Shown: positions 28,700 through 42,470 of the stretch, one piece after another
How the letters are laid out: the number at the start of each line of letters is the position of its first letter
Position numbering within the stretch: the first letter of the stretch is position 1
Assembly (NCBI GenBank): GCA_951406725.2
Contig: OX597815.1
Coordinates: 89,714,001 to 89,778,000, forward strand
Direction: 5' to 3'
From: Octopus vulgaris
Lineage: Eukaryota
DNA: 64,000 bases
Translations under genes and position numbers: made by a program
Notes under the pieces: model-generated
Databases searched by the model: none
What the model was told of the DNA's origin: nothing
The model's input: the letters and a program-made list of their open reading frames with translations, nothing else

Positions 28700-30790
28700 T
28701 ATATATATATGTATGTGTGTGTGTTATATAGGTAGACAGATAGAGAGGGAGAGAGAAAGAAAACGTATACAATCTATTATTGAGTGTCTTCATAGAGCTA
28801 ATAAGAAGCAGATGGAAACGATCAATAATGGCAAGACACTACAGAAGGATGACAGTAAACAGCTTATGACGTTTGTCCGTCAAGGTCAAGATGGTTACCC
28901 AAAAGAAGCAAAAAACTGAATTTTGAGAACTAGAATAGTCTTTGGGATGTGGTAGCACATCTTGTTGGATGTGGACGCTTCCTTTCAATACAAATAAGGA
29001 AGAAGTCGGATATGACAATATGGTGTGAGGAATGTAAGATAAAAGATCTTGTTTATCTAAATGTGTCACACGAACACAACTCAGTGGCAATCCAGTTTAG
29101 CAAAGACAAGTGTTGTGAGATACTTCTGGAAGACTGCATAGATGCAGGTAGGATAGCAGTACACTTTCCTCGGCTGATATAAATTAGAGTCCAATAACAG
29201 GAAGCAAATACCATTTTGTGAGTGATCCAGTTGTCAGTTGAGAAGGTCAGCTATAGGATATAGCTGAAAAGAAGGATAAAAGCTGGCCGGAGAGATGATA
29301 GTCCCCAAATGGACTTGAGGTCGAATATCTGTCAGTTGAACTTGTACGTGGGGGCCTCACATCAGTGAAGAATCGGCAGGTGCACTGTAAAACTCTCGGG
29401 AGAAAGGCTCTGAAGCACTTGCTACAGATATTAATATAATAAAAACATCATTTGTGAATGACCCAAAAGTCTATGTTAAAATGTTAACAATTCCAAAAAA
29501 CAGCTGGAATTAATAACATATTTAGCTGACATAAGAAGGGAGTTTGGCTGAAAAAATTATCATATTTCATTGCTGAACGGGGAAGATACCCCCACCATCG
29601 ACACAAAAATCTGTGTATTAATCGTTTCACATAAAGATTGTGACAAATAACTTGGCATTAATGTAATCATATCGCACAAAGGTACTTTGGATAAAGCTAG
29701 ACTGATCGAGAGTATTATACCAGACTTAGTAAGATATCACAGTCGGACCTCTCCTCATACAGAAAGAAAATATCTCGCAAGATATTTGCAGTACAAGTTT
29801 TTGATTCCAACATTTGGGATACTAGACTAGTCAGTAAAAGATATTCACTCTATAGACGTACGTTAAAACTCGCAAAATGCTAACATCAACTGGACATTTC
29901 CACAGAAATAATGATAACGACAGGCTCTACCTAAGAATAGAAGAAAGTGGTAAAAGCTTTAGATCAATGCAGACAGTATTCGAATATCGTATTTAGGCTA
30001 TAATGGTTAAACAAAAGCAGCAAAATTAAATGCAGGAACTTAGTTCTGAAACGTGAAGAGCAGAAAGTCATATCTGCTGGCAGCAACCTCGTCAGAGAGC
30101 ACTCACTTTCTGATAACCTCCCAAATAACACCAAACAGACGGATTAACATACCACAGAAAAGACCGGGATGTGAAACGCTCATCATATCAAAAAAGAAAA
30201 AAAAGAAAGGCTATGCCTGGGCATGTATCCCGACGACATGAAGAAGACTGTAATATCGACATGATGCACAGCTTCTCTTGGACTCGTCATCGCTACATCA
30301 CATGCTATATTGGAGATTATGCATTTCCAACCCAAGAACAGGAGACTGCCACGAAATACCTAATAAACAAATGGCAGTGAAGCTCTTGGACGTAGAAATA
30401 GTAACCGAAAATGTATATTATATCATATTTCTGTGGAACACATCACGTATGTAATTAGCACTTGCTCAAAAGTTTCATGAAGGTACTATTTCCATCTGCA
30501 ACACGACGTTCTCACAAAAGCAGTATGCAATTCCATTCAGAAAAGAGAACGTCTTGGAATAAATATAGAAAACTCCTCCTGTTATTGAATATACACGCAA
30601 ACCTCAACACAAGGTATCCCGGTGGAACAGTCACTCACATATGTACTAAGTGTAAACATAATTGGTCGGATATTGCTGTTTGAGGCAGTCAAGAAAATGT
30701 ATGCACCGTTATAGAAGTCAGCTGTCGTACTAATATGAACATCTCTTTGAAAATCAAAGAGGAGGGCAATTATGGACAACTGACACGAAA
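28700..30790 (+). mobile_element. Decayed L1/Tx1-like LINE (ORF1-like, then ORF2-like fragments)
   Basis: WDVVAHLVGCGRFLSIQ...EILLED.CHRC resembles an RRM/Zn-knuckle ORF1. Downstream AKIKCRNLVLKREE and QGIPVEQSLIYVL resemble the L1 linker and RQGCPLSPLLY. Many stops. Confidence 0.35.
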
Positions 30791-30849
30791 CGTCCAGTTT
30801 CTATACCCAGATTATAAATTTATATATATAATAATAAAGATCGGTGCAT

Positions 30850-31260
30850 TTGTGTTTGTAAGTAAATACCGAAATGTCAAACAGTGTAAGTAAGTGTTTT
30901 CAGAAAAAGGAATCGACCTACTAATTCGCATATTAGAAATAAGTGGAACAGTAAAATTTAAGACGTGAGATATTTTGCAGCTATCTACACTCCAACGATG
31001 AAGCTTTCTACCTGTTTTTAGAAACCAGGTCATTCCTCATAGGAAGAACAATGAAAAATTAAAAAGAAAAGAGAACATACACATGTACGTATAACACTCA
31101 AACTTTAACAGTGATCAGTAAAAATTGTATTTATGCGACTCGATTAATATCACATATACTCTAATATGAAATACTGATGAAGAGGCTACGAATAATAAAA
31201 TTTTATTGAATCGAGCTAAAATATTTAGGTGTTCATATAACCATCAAATTACTATACTTG
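30850..31260 (+). mobile_element. PLE 3' remnant (GIY-YIG C-terminus) with decayed HHR-like CTGATGA at 31174
   Basis: FYLFLETRSFLIGRTMKN*KEKRTYTCTY resembles the PLE end C.LCLEE...I......LNKR.E....C.H. It is followed by CTGATGA. Confidence 0.45.
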
Positions 31261-34253
31261 TATAAAGTTCTAGTCGCTCATAACAATAGAGAAATTGGTT
31301 TATCATCAGAAGGGGATCTGTGGAGTATGAATATAATGTCATCAGTAATTCCTTAGCGATCGAAATTCATTTATTGTTATTTGAGCATATCTTAGAGGCC
31401 TATCTAAATTCTACCTTATAATGTGAAATTACGAAGTCACAATACATACTTCAGGGAATATCTCTTCTTTTTTAGTTTTGTTATTTTATCAAGTACCATT
31501 CCAATACATCTATTACAATCATTTCTATACATCTATTTTGTACTACGTGTTAATACATACATATTCATACACATATACGGATACGTTTCAAAACCAAGTA
31601 TATTTACAATTTATAATCCCCATATCCACTTATGGCGAAATTTAAACTTATGGATAATTATGGTTGCATAATCAGTATGTTATTATTACATTTAAAACAT
31701 TTTTAATGTTGCATTTAATCGTTTTCTCTTTATCAGCAATTTGTGGCAGTACAACTTTTGTAGCTTGTGCTGAGCTTCAGTGACAAATATTTCCGAATGT
31801 AAAGTCGAATCCCTACGAAGCATTTTTTTTTATTGCACTTAACTGTGTGTGAGTTCCTGTCAGATCTGCATCCACCTCTTATTTTCTGCATTTGGGAAGA
31901 CAACTCTGCTAAAACAAAACACTTTAGCATTTCAATCTTACTGTTTGCTTTATTATTTGAAGAAAGCAGGAATTACCTTGGTCTAGTTGCCAATACATGC
32001 GTGTCTAAAATAAAAACCTGCATTCGCCATGCTCTTATGCCACTTATATCGAGTGATAAATTATTAATGTATCATCAAATAAATGTGTATTTCATTCAAA
32101 ACTTCAATTATATATCTATTTTATGTATGCTGCAATCTTTAGATTGCTCAACAGAGAATATATTTGTATTCGTTCAAGCGGTTTGAGATATAATCTAAAT
32201 TTCAGTATCATGTTCAAAGAGAGAGAGAAAAGGACTATTGGGTAAAGTTGATTTTGCTAGATATACAAACAATATGGAATAACTATGACTAGGGCATCTT
32301 TTACGATGGCTCTTCTCAATCAGAAAGAAGCCTGGAAATAAACAATAACAATGCTAAAGAAATTGGTCTACTGATTGTGTGGTCAGTGACAAGACCTAAT
32401 AAGACTGAAATATCTTATAAGTTGTCAGCTGCAATTGATAAGATCAGATTTAAAAAGAAACTATATTAGTCTTGTTCTTGTGTTTCTTTCACCTTACTCT
32501 AAGAACAATTTTATTTATTTTTAGTATAATATAGCTGTCTTAGGTTGACTGTGGATTTTGAGAGGTTGGCAAAAGATAAAACCACTTAGCCATTACACTA
32601 GTCTTATTACCTGTCTTCGTCCTATTTATAATCATATTGCTTAGTATAATCAGGATAAGTGAGAAACAAGAATTGACAATTTAATATTAAATTAGCTAAA
32701 AATAAGACAAAGCAAATAGTAATTTTATATTTTCTCCTAATAGGAAGTGTATATACATGTGAATAAATGAAAATAATGCGTCATATTTTCCGAGTTAATT
32801 TAACAAGAATTTTAATGGCATCTAAATAACACTATAGAATAACATAAACTAACGCATCAGAAATTCAACAATAACGGCTAAAAGACATTAGTAACAACAA
32901 TAATAATTAAGAGTAGTAACGGTAACAAATGTAGCAATAAACAATAACAATTATTCAATAACAATACTAAATTTCAACTTCATTCACTGAAGTTAATATA
33001 ATATAAAATTATGCAAAAAATGCTTTCAATAAAAATCAAATTATAAATCAAATGACATTTGACTGCTTTAACATATAATTGCTTTATTCGGCATGTTTAT
33101 TGTTGAAAGGAATAAACATATATATTCAATTATCTGTTTATATAACTATACTAATAAAATACTTAAAAGAAAAAACTTGTCAAACAATACAGCTAAATAT
33201 TCTGTTTTCATTAATTTATCTTTTAAAGTTTTACATGGCAAAACTTTTAGACTTACGACTCTGGAATCCAGTAGATTTAAAATAATTTTCTGAAGCTTAC
33301 TGCAAACAAGAAATAATATATTTGGAAAATCTTTCAATTTATTGAGACATATATTTGGAACGCATTTTTTTTTTTTTTTCAATTATTGGAAATTTTCCTC
33401 TCAGGTTTTTATGTTTAGGTCAGACATTTCTCACAAATAAAGAAAAAAATTTAATCATCTTGAAGAGATTAAAGAAGTCACATTTTTAGGTTTTCAGCCT
33501 GCACAAGTATTTTTTCATTTAAACCAATACCATGCGGTAGTGAATACACTATACAGGTGACGAGATTTTGAAGAGAAGACAATGGTTTTGATCTTCTCAG
33601 CAATTCCCATAAGCATCTTACCTTTGGAAAATTTCAGACCAATGATAAGATAGTTTTAATGTGGGTTATATCAGTATACTAACCCTTTCGGTTAAAAATC
33701 TGTGCCGCCAATTCCAGTTTAGTATGACGTGATATAATGATTCTTCGATTTTGTATATAGTAATATAAAGTTTTGAAAAGCACTTTATTTCCATTACAGA
33801 GCTTAGTATAGAAACTATTATTGTTTTCTTTATATTATTCAACTTTCATATTATCCCTTACAATTCAGATATATTGTAAATTTTAATATATTATGCGTTG
33901 AATTGCTACCAATGAAAACAGATATTTTCCTGATAGATTAGACGGAAAGTATTTTGATAAATAGATTCATAAATTTTGAAATAACAAGCACTTTACATTA
34001 GACTGGACATCGGCTCCTCTTAAAATAACTCTTGGACTGCAACAGGAAATTGTGATATTCTTTTCTTTTAAATACAAAATGGACAGATTCAATGATTCAA
34101 AATTGTGTATTCATGTATTACCGGAACTGTTGTCAGGCTGATGGTTTTTCAAGTATCTAAAGTTAACTAAACAGTTAATACACGTTGAAGAAGGGTGTTT
34201 ATTGACTGTATTAGGTGCTATCGTATCCTCAGACTGTAACGGAAATATGTTAA

Positions 34254-34289
<36 letters not shown>

Positions 34290-35479
34290 AATTTCGGTCT
34301 GTGAAACAATAGAGAAGTTAGCAGTACAGACTTGTAAATTGCTTTGCAGAAATTTAGAATATAGGTTATTGTATATTAGGAAATTTATCTCATAAAATTC
34401 AATATGTTCGTATCTCGACAATTGCTAATATATTTTCGATTTAGTTTGGATTGATATAAGTTACAGTTTTAATAATGTGGTGTACGTGATGATTATAACA
34501 GCAGTAGTTAAATATGCTTACGATTACGGTGGTCTGTAACATGTTGCAAGATAATTAAATATCCAGAAAATATACATACATAAGCATAAAAGCATATAAC
34601 CATGCCCTTCCACACAGACACGCATACAAACACTGATGTACGCATACATACATACATACATACATACATACATACATACATACATACATACATACATACA
34701 TACATACATACATACATGCACACGTATGAGAAAGGAAAAACATTCAAATGACACACGTCGTCGATTTATTCATTCTAGTTTCACTTTGTGATATATAAAA
34801 GTATTTTGCAAAGAACAAGCGTTAAATAATTTTCATTGAACAATTCCGTTGAATTTCACTTGCTGGTCAGCGATCAGTAATTAGAGAGTGACCTGGATGT
34901 AGAGATATGATGGAATTTTTTTTAATTACTATATAACTTTTGATAATTCTTAGCATCTAAAAATAGCACATACCAAGAACAGTTTTAAGCCACGTGTTTT
35001 AAATAACTTATAAAACGTCTCCAACGTAATTGTTTCGCTTTCAATACACAACCTTAAATGAATTCAATTATACTAAAATTGATGCATTCTAGTATATGGA
35101 GAAAATGATGAAACAAGAATGAGATAAGTATGTAAAGATGATTTTCTTCAGCGATTTGAGTTTGACTGAAGGAATATGCGAAGTGAATTACGCTTTGAAT
35201 GTATGTTTTTACCTCTACACATGCGATTTCAAAACATGAAACAGCTTTTGCTTTACATTTTCTTTATATACTATCACATTTGATATGCGCTTTCAGTTGA
35301 GTTCATTTTTTTGCAGATGTATTCAGGTTATTAGGATATTCTATTTCTGAGTGGGAAACATGTACGCTTATATTCAAGACTAAGATCCTCACAGTTAAAC
35401 AGTACTTCAGCAGCACACTATCCCCAGCAGTCAGAATGCATCTGCAAACATCTTTTCAATAAATAACATTTTTACGATT

Positions 35480-36620
35480 TTTTGTAGATGTATGACGTCA
35501 TTCTATTCCTCACATTTCTTTTCAAATATACTTACGGGACCCGTGAGAATTTCACAGAATTAATGGTAAACCTCGTGGGCTATGTCTGAAAACTTTATCC
35601 AAAAGCCCTGAAAGCGTAGCCAGTATTGGGTCTGTGTGGAAAAATAGTCGCTCATCTGCTACTTACTGATAACTGAAAGAAATTGGAATACGATGAGTAG
35701 TTAATTCACTTTATATATACACACTATTAACTTTATGCACAGTTTTGTAGGCTTAATACACAACATTCATAGAATAAATATTCACTCTTATTTTTCTATT
35801 TTCCCCATACACAAAAAAAATCACCGTACATATGATACAACCTATAGATAAATTGCACATATCTTTCACGTAAGTAAGCGTGAATATTTCCCAGCATTGC
35901 ACTTATGCGCATGCGTTAAATGATAGGTGATATAAAAAAAATAGTTCAATTGAAAGAAATATACTTTTCACTATTCACTCACCACTGCCACTTCCACCAA
36001 CATCATCTCCAACACCACCACTTCCATTTCCACCAATTATATTATGTATTTTACGTATTTAGTATTTAAAATGTTTAGACTTTACAATATTTCCAGTTAA
36101 TGGTATATTAAAGTTAATTTTTTTCCTTATTCTTACAGATATAATACATTTGTAATTTTATTAGCTTAAAAAATATTTCTATTTATTTGTTCTATAAATT
36201 CTTATTACACCATATTTTCACGCGATGTATTTCTTATAAACGCTAAGTTCTACGTTTTACGTTTAAATTTTTAGTTATCGAAAATCCTTCGAAAAATAAC
36301 TTATGTTTTTATTTTAAGAAATATGGTTAAATGCTTTTCGATTATTTATAGTTAATAAACGTATTTGTTTTATATATTTATTTGATAATTAGTATAAGTT
36401 AAGATAAGTACATTTATTCTATAATTACTTTTTTATTATATATCATCTTAAAGATGATGAGTTACTACATTATTAAATGGAATTAATTTTAGTTCGATTT
36501 AATTTGAAATCGAACTGATTTTATTATTATTATCTATTTGAAAACATAGCCACGAAACGCGCGTAGTCATTTTACTACTATTTACTATTTATCGTACTTT
36601 ATTGATTTGCCCAAGTACCG
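35480..36620 (+). mobile_element. PLE 3' remnant plus terminal repeat
   Basis: ICYLLITER resembles the C.LC..E end of the GIY-YIG domain. The AT-rich tail ends in the HHR-like motif GAAACGCGCGTAGTC, identical to 42399-42413. Confidence 0.5.
36450..36572 (+). ncRNA. Degenerate type I hammerhead ribozyme motif
   Basis: TGATGA (core C missing), then GTTACTA...TAGCCAC (helix II, 2 mismatches), GAAA, CGCGCG, TA, GTC. Confidence 0.5.
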
Positions 36621-36961
36621 TTGGAAATTTTGGGGTCTATTTCGACTTTAATTTCTTTCGGGATAACATTGAAAAGAACAGGACCATTTGCAGTTAAGAA
36701 ATTGTGTCACAATGTTCTTATGTGGTGTGATCTCGAACTTTGTAGGGGACACATTCCACGGGGGACTAGTCTTGGGTGCATTGTAAACATAATACCGATA
36801 CAATCTGTATGATATTGGTGGAATATTTTCCACGTGCTGCATATAATATATCGCTCATGGCGATGTTGCAGAGAGCAGTTTCAGCTGTTTAAGTCGAACC
36901 CAATAATCAAATCCCGTCAAAAGTTGTACGGGGATATATATACATATGTATACATATATGC

Positions 36962-37020
<59 letters not shown>

Positions 37021-37116
37021 TGTGTGTGTGTGCGTGTGTGTGTGTATGCGTATGTATGTATATATGTATGTATGTACGTGTGCGTTTATTTACTATATAT
37101 ATGTGTCTGTCTGTGC

Positions 37117-37160
<44 letters not shown>

Positions 37161-37194
37161 GGAGTTAAACGCATGTTTCATTCAAATCGTTTTA

Positions 37195-37280
37195 CTTCCG
37201 ACATATTTCCAAGAGAATATTGCTATTTTTCCAGAAGGAATAAAGCGGTTTAAAACAATGCAATCTTCTCATCAGGGAAA
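37195..37280 (-). ncRNA. Type I hammerhead ribozyme motif (PLE terminal repeat, left copy)
   Basis: Minus strand reads TTCC-CTGATGA-GAAGA...TCTTG-GAAA-TATG-TC-GGAA, with a GUC cleavage triplet and helix I TTCC/GGAA. Confidence 0.7.
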
Positions 37281-38228
37281 TAAAGAAACCAAACACATCA
37301 ATAAGAAATTTTAATAGAATATAGATGACTGAGTATATGATGAAGGGAACGCTAGCAAGGTTTTATTTAAAAAAAAAACATTAGTAGATATAAGGGCAAA
37401 ATAGTTTATAGAAAGCGAAGGAGAAGAAAGAAAGAAATTAGCAGTGGAGAGATATAGAGTAATAGATGAATAGGAATAAAGCTTAAAGGCTTGGAAGTAG
37501 ATATATATATATATATATAGTAGAAGTGAAATGTAAGTGGAAGTGACAGTCAAAGGTCGAATTTTATAGAATGGTAGAAATCATTTATAGGAACAAAAAT
37601 TTTTTTTTCGAATGTTTGCAACGATAAACGTGTTTACAACAGGATTCTCTGAAAACAGGGTGAAATATATTTCATCATTGCAAAGCAGACAAAAAGATTT
37701 ACCTTTATTATATGGAAAAGATATAGATTGAATATTCCATTCCAAATCAAACTGTTTATTATGATAATTTAAATACCAAATTAATTTACGAAGCCCAGTA
37801 TTGTTAAGTTTATTGATATGTCTAAATGTAGATTAATGATTAGATATTCTTTTGGACAACTGAGATGACGTCAGGACTGTAAGTAAATTTACATTGATAA
37901 ATAGAGTTTCTCGTCTTAGAATTACTGCTAAGGAAACGAATGCGATTGAAATCAACATCAGAGACACTGACACCGCTGCTATTATTATTTAAAGAATGGT
38001 TAGTGTTAATAAAATCAATTTGCAATGATGAAACGTATTTCATCCTGCTCTCAGAGAATCCTCTTGTAAATACGTTTATAAGCACTGCTAATTTCTTTCT
38101 CCTCTTTCTCTTTCTATAAAGTACTTACAAACGGTTTTTTAAAAAATAAACTTGCCAGCGTTCCCTTCATCATATACGCAGTCATTACATTCTGTTAAAA
38201 TGTCTTATTGATGTGTTTGGTTTCTTTA

Positions 38229-38316
38229 TTTCCCTGATGAGAAGATTGCTTTGTTTTATGCCATTTTATTCCTTCTGGAATAATACCAGTGTTTTCTTCG
38301 AAACATATGTTAGAAG
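38229..38316 (+). ncRNA. Type I hammerhead ribozyme motif (PLE terminal repeat, right copy)
   Basis: TTTCC-CTGATGA(38234)-GAAGA...TCTTC-GAAA(38300)-CATATG-TT-AGAAG, with a palindromic helix III. Confidence 0.7.
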
Positions 38317-38602
38317 TAAAAATATTTGAATAACACCTGCGTGAAACTCCATTTATTTATTTATCTATATATACACAAAAACATTTCACCAAAACCTGGA
38401 ATTTCTACCTTTATACGTAGGCTGTTGCATCCTTGGTACTTGTGTCAACTTTTGCTGCCTGGTAACTATTTGTTTACTTTTTCCGTGCTATTTGTAAACA
38501 TTGAAATTACACACACATGCGCGCGCGCACACAGATACAGATACACACACACTCGCACATACACACGCGCACGCACGCACACATACATACACGCACACAC
38601 AC

Positions 38603-38645
<43 letters not shown>

Positions 38646-39149
38646 TATATAAAACCACTTTTGGAAATTTCACAAAAGTATCGTCACCGAAACAATAATT
38701 TGGGCTGTGTTGCTTGAGTTAAAATACATATTGGAATCAGATATTATGATCATTCTTCTGCCAATAGTTCGCGCGAAGTATAGAAGATCTACAAAGCGTA
38801 AGACTTAAATTTATAAAAATACTAATGTACCTTCATTAAATTCAAATTATACATGATACTGAGAAAATGATTAAAACCCAATTTGTGATTTGGTGATTAC
38901 GGAAATATTAATGTGTATTCACCCAATATACACAACTATATAATAGGATATGGGTTGATGTGATCATATATATCATTATTGATATTTAACCTTGTCTGTT
39001 ATTAAAACTTCGGGTAGGAACATTTATTAGACATCACCTATGTCGATATAAGGTTACTGTAATGAACGAGTGTAAAATAAAAAGTATTGCTTAACGGGAT
39101 CATTACTTATAACTGTTATCCCCGTGTAACTCTTATTTTTACCTAATCC

Positions 39150-41150
39150 CACTAATCCACGCGTTCATATACTCAAACTCCTTGCCAACTAATTAGACAG
39201 TAACCAGACCGTTTTACGTGATCTTTAAAATCTGAGAGTAGGACAGGTGAACGGAACTGATCCATTGTATGTGTCATTTCATATTTCTCACTATAAAACC
39301 AAATATATTAAACAACTCGCGTACAAACCCCAATGCATTAAACACTATAAACGCAAATACGTTAAAGGGTTCAGCAGCAGTGCATGAAATGTTTACTTCC
39401 TATTAACGCTTGCAAAAATTCCTCTATTTTATCAGTTTCTACTAACCCCTGCTACACTATAGACTACCATAATAAAAATAACACGTGGCTCATGATCCGA
39501 GAAATGAAATGCGATTGTCTGGACGAAAGCCAAGCGAATTCCTAGCAAATTTATTGAATTCTCTGCACAATTTATGGCCCCGAAAGCCCGAATACTGTGT
39601 CTAAGTTTTCCATAATTTGTGATAGATACATCGGCAGAATAAACACACACATACGGACATATGAAAGCGATAAAGCGATAATAACCATTTCATCTCACCC
39701 AATGTATAAAAGAATTACGGTGATTTCGAAACTAGACCATATGCTTTGAAGATAACATATTAATTACTCTAAATTTGTGGACAACAAGTTTAACAATATC
39801 TTCAATATTTGTCTTGTCCTTCACCTGTTGCAGCAATTATTAGTAACGCTTCCGTAAACTGAGTGATTTGGGAAACCCCTCTCCTATAGTCTCTCACTTT
39901 ATAGAAATGTATCGAAAGGAATATAGTTGCACTTGACATCTAAATAGCATGTAATCGTCTCTATGAACCACCTGGCTCAGCAACCTATGTATGGACTTCA
40001 TCGGAGTATAGAGATCGAATGGGGTACTTTATTCACCAAACGGCCATTACACTCCATACGGTATTTGAGTAATTGTATGTCACGAATGTCAATGACATTA
40101 AAACTACGCCTTGTCACACTCCAAAGTTTAGGTTAAGTATCTTGCAAATGCCACCCTTAGGTAGTATATCACTTATTACACTCTTAAAGTCAAGCGATGA
40201 CTTTGTCAACCATCGCAAACGTAATTACTCGAATGCATATAATTATAAGAATTTTGTATTGTCTCAGTTTATAAGGAGTGTGTGTCCTACTCTATTATAA
40301 ATCTTACTCATACTATGTTACCTGATTCGGACAGAAAGAGTTTTAGTTAATTTTGTTGAAATAAAAATCAGAATCACAAAGCACTTAAATAAATGATTTT
40401 TACGTATTTTTACCAATGGCGCCTGGCACACATCGCTACTATTTAGCCTTCTTTCTGTAATTAAAACTCTTATTTTATTAGATCATCTACCCTTCATTAT
40501 AAAGTACAATGGCAGTCCAATTACCAGCACCCTTTACCCCGCAATAACATTTTTATTTAGCAATGAGATAAATAGCAAGGGTATATTTAATTCTCTACTT
40601 TGGATTGACTTGATTACTAGCTGTAATGTCAGAATATTCTTTTATATATCTTCATTTAACTACATCTTTACCACATTGCCTAAACAACCAAGTGCAACTA
40701 TTGTCTGCATGGCAACATCTTCACTGTATTTTATAGGAAACTTCTGTCCGTATATCTTTACCGAGTAGCCATCATACTACTACGGTAATCGAGTATCGGT
40801 TCAATTTCCTGGTACAGGCCACAAAATCAGTGTCTTCATGTCTCATAATGACGTCACTTGCAGTTTTCTTCCAATGCTTCAACCAAGCAATCTATTCAGT
40901 TAATCGTTGCAACTACTGCGTATATGTGAATGAATATGGGTCAATATTTTCATTAGAAATATGCATCAAATATGATAACATGGAATATAAATATTACTTA
41001 TTCAGTGATATTAAATGAAATATTTTATCAAAACAGATTAAACGGGAAAACGTATGCATATTCCCGATGGGAACAACGTTAGTATTTTCCATTGAAAAGT
41101 GAGCTCTGGTTGTCTACTTTTGTCAGAAATATAGCTTCCTCTATTGTTGT
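39150..41150 (-). mobile_element. Highly decayed Ty3/gypsy-like pol remnant
   Basis: Minus-strand fragments occur in RT-then-integrase order: QAPLVKIRKN..LCD (RT start), LDFKSVISDILPKG, NIEDIVK (integrase Zn region), EFNKF and AFVQTI (~AERFVQTxK). No LTRs recognised. Confidence 0.4.
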
Positions 41151-41749
41151 AGTGGAACATTGTTTGAGTAAATATCATTTTTCAACTTGTAGCCTCCAAT
41201 ATTGATTCTTAAATACTTAATTTAGTTCCTGTAGCTGATAACTGTTCTTCTGACTAACTTAGATAACCGTTTCCGGTGTCTTACAAACAGCCCGTAATAT
41301 ATTACATTATTATCTGTCAGTCTGTCTGTCTGTCTCTTTCTCTCTATGAATCAGAGTCTCTATATCTTTATTTATCTCACATAAGTGCACTCATACATAA
41401 AACATGTTCAAAATCATACACTCAGCATTATATACTTCATCATTATATACATCATCACTATATACATCATCACTAAAATCTAATCAAAATTTTCGCGCAG
41501 TTATGACGTCATGTAATTGTGTTTGACTTTCTGAACTCCTACATAATATTAAATTTCTACCCAAAACTTTATGGCTTAATTAAAGTACAAGTTTTATAGT
41601 TTCTTCAAGAAGAAAAATATCGGGCTACGAAACTGTCTCTAAGCTTTGTACATCAAATGAATGTTAGTGAATTACAAATAAGTGATTGTACAAGGTACGA
41701 GGTAGTACGTAAGATATATATATTGGTACTTTAAAATTAGGAATAAGAA

Positions 41750-42470
41750 ATATTAGTAAAAAGAAATGTTAACTTATCTGCATGGTAATTTTCTCTCCAT
41801 GAATTAAACATGGCTACAAGCAATCATATAAACCGACTTTTACTTATTTCAAAATATTTTTAAATGTTTTAAAATTATGTTGAGCAATTTAGTTTACCTA
41901 TTTACCGACCTAGAAATTTATTACTTATCGAAGTTAACATAAATAAAATAAAGAAAAAAGACTATTCCCATCATACACTCACTTCTGGCTTCCCCTGATT
42001 TATTATTATAAATAGTAGAAAATACCTTTTAAGAACTTTTAAATCTTAATAAGAATTATCTCCCTTACAAAGTTGCTCTCAATTTTGGATTATACGATTG
42101 CTGGTAGCCATGTTAAATTTATGGAGAGAAAATTACCATACAGATAAGTTAACATTTCTTTTTACAAACATTTCTTTAATCTACTTTTTTTCCACATTTC
42201 CGTTCATTATTTACTAAAGTAAAATTATTCCAACAACTTCTAGTTATGTAATTTTAGCTTGCCATGTCTTTATATAGGATGTAAATAGCAAAATAATTTC
42301 ATATAAGATAGACCTGAAGATTGGCAATATAATCGTTTTAATATGGTATTTTTTTTAGAGACATTCTATTTCAGCAATATCGAGGAATATGTTGTCATGA
42401 AACGCGCGTAGTCTATATAATGTAAAGTAGATGATTTGAAATAAGAATTGAAGGTATTAATTTTGATATT
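41750..42470 (+). mobile_element. PLE 3' remnant with partial inverted terminal repeat
   Basis: 41756-41832 (AAAAAGAAATGTTAACTTATCTGCATGGTAATTTTCTCTCCAT...) is the near reverse complement of 42088-42165. PYKVALNF.GLYDC resembles the GIY-YIG end, and an HHR lies downstream. Confidence 0.6.
42308..42416 (+). ncRNA. Type I hammerhead ribozyme motif with intact core
   Basis: ATAGAC-CTGAAGA(42314)-TTGGCAA...TTGTCAT-GAAA(42399)-CGCGCG-TA-GTCTAT. Perfect 6-bp helix I, GUA cleavage triplet, palindromic helix III, long loop 2. Confidence 0.8.

Larger units (their letters stand above)
37155..38358 (-). mobile_element. PLE remnant (GIY-YIG on minus strand, ~37615-37930) flanked by inverted terminal repeats (about 37155-37685 and 38020-38358)
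   Basis: Minus strand gives NSIYQCKF...KRISNH*STFRHINKLNNTGLRKLIWYLN...EWNIQSISFPYNKGKSFCLLCNDEIYF...NPVVN. 37261-37350 is the near reverse complement of 38150-38250, and 37624-37684 of 38020-38079. Confidence 0.8.

Noticed and set aside
31170-31235. CTGATGA after a PLE remnant as an intact ribozyme
   Set aside because: No GAAA core or convincing helices remain. At most it is a decayed relic.
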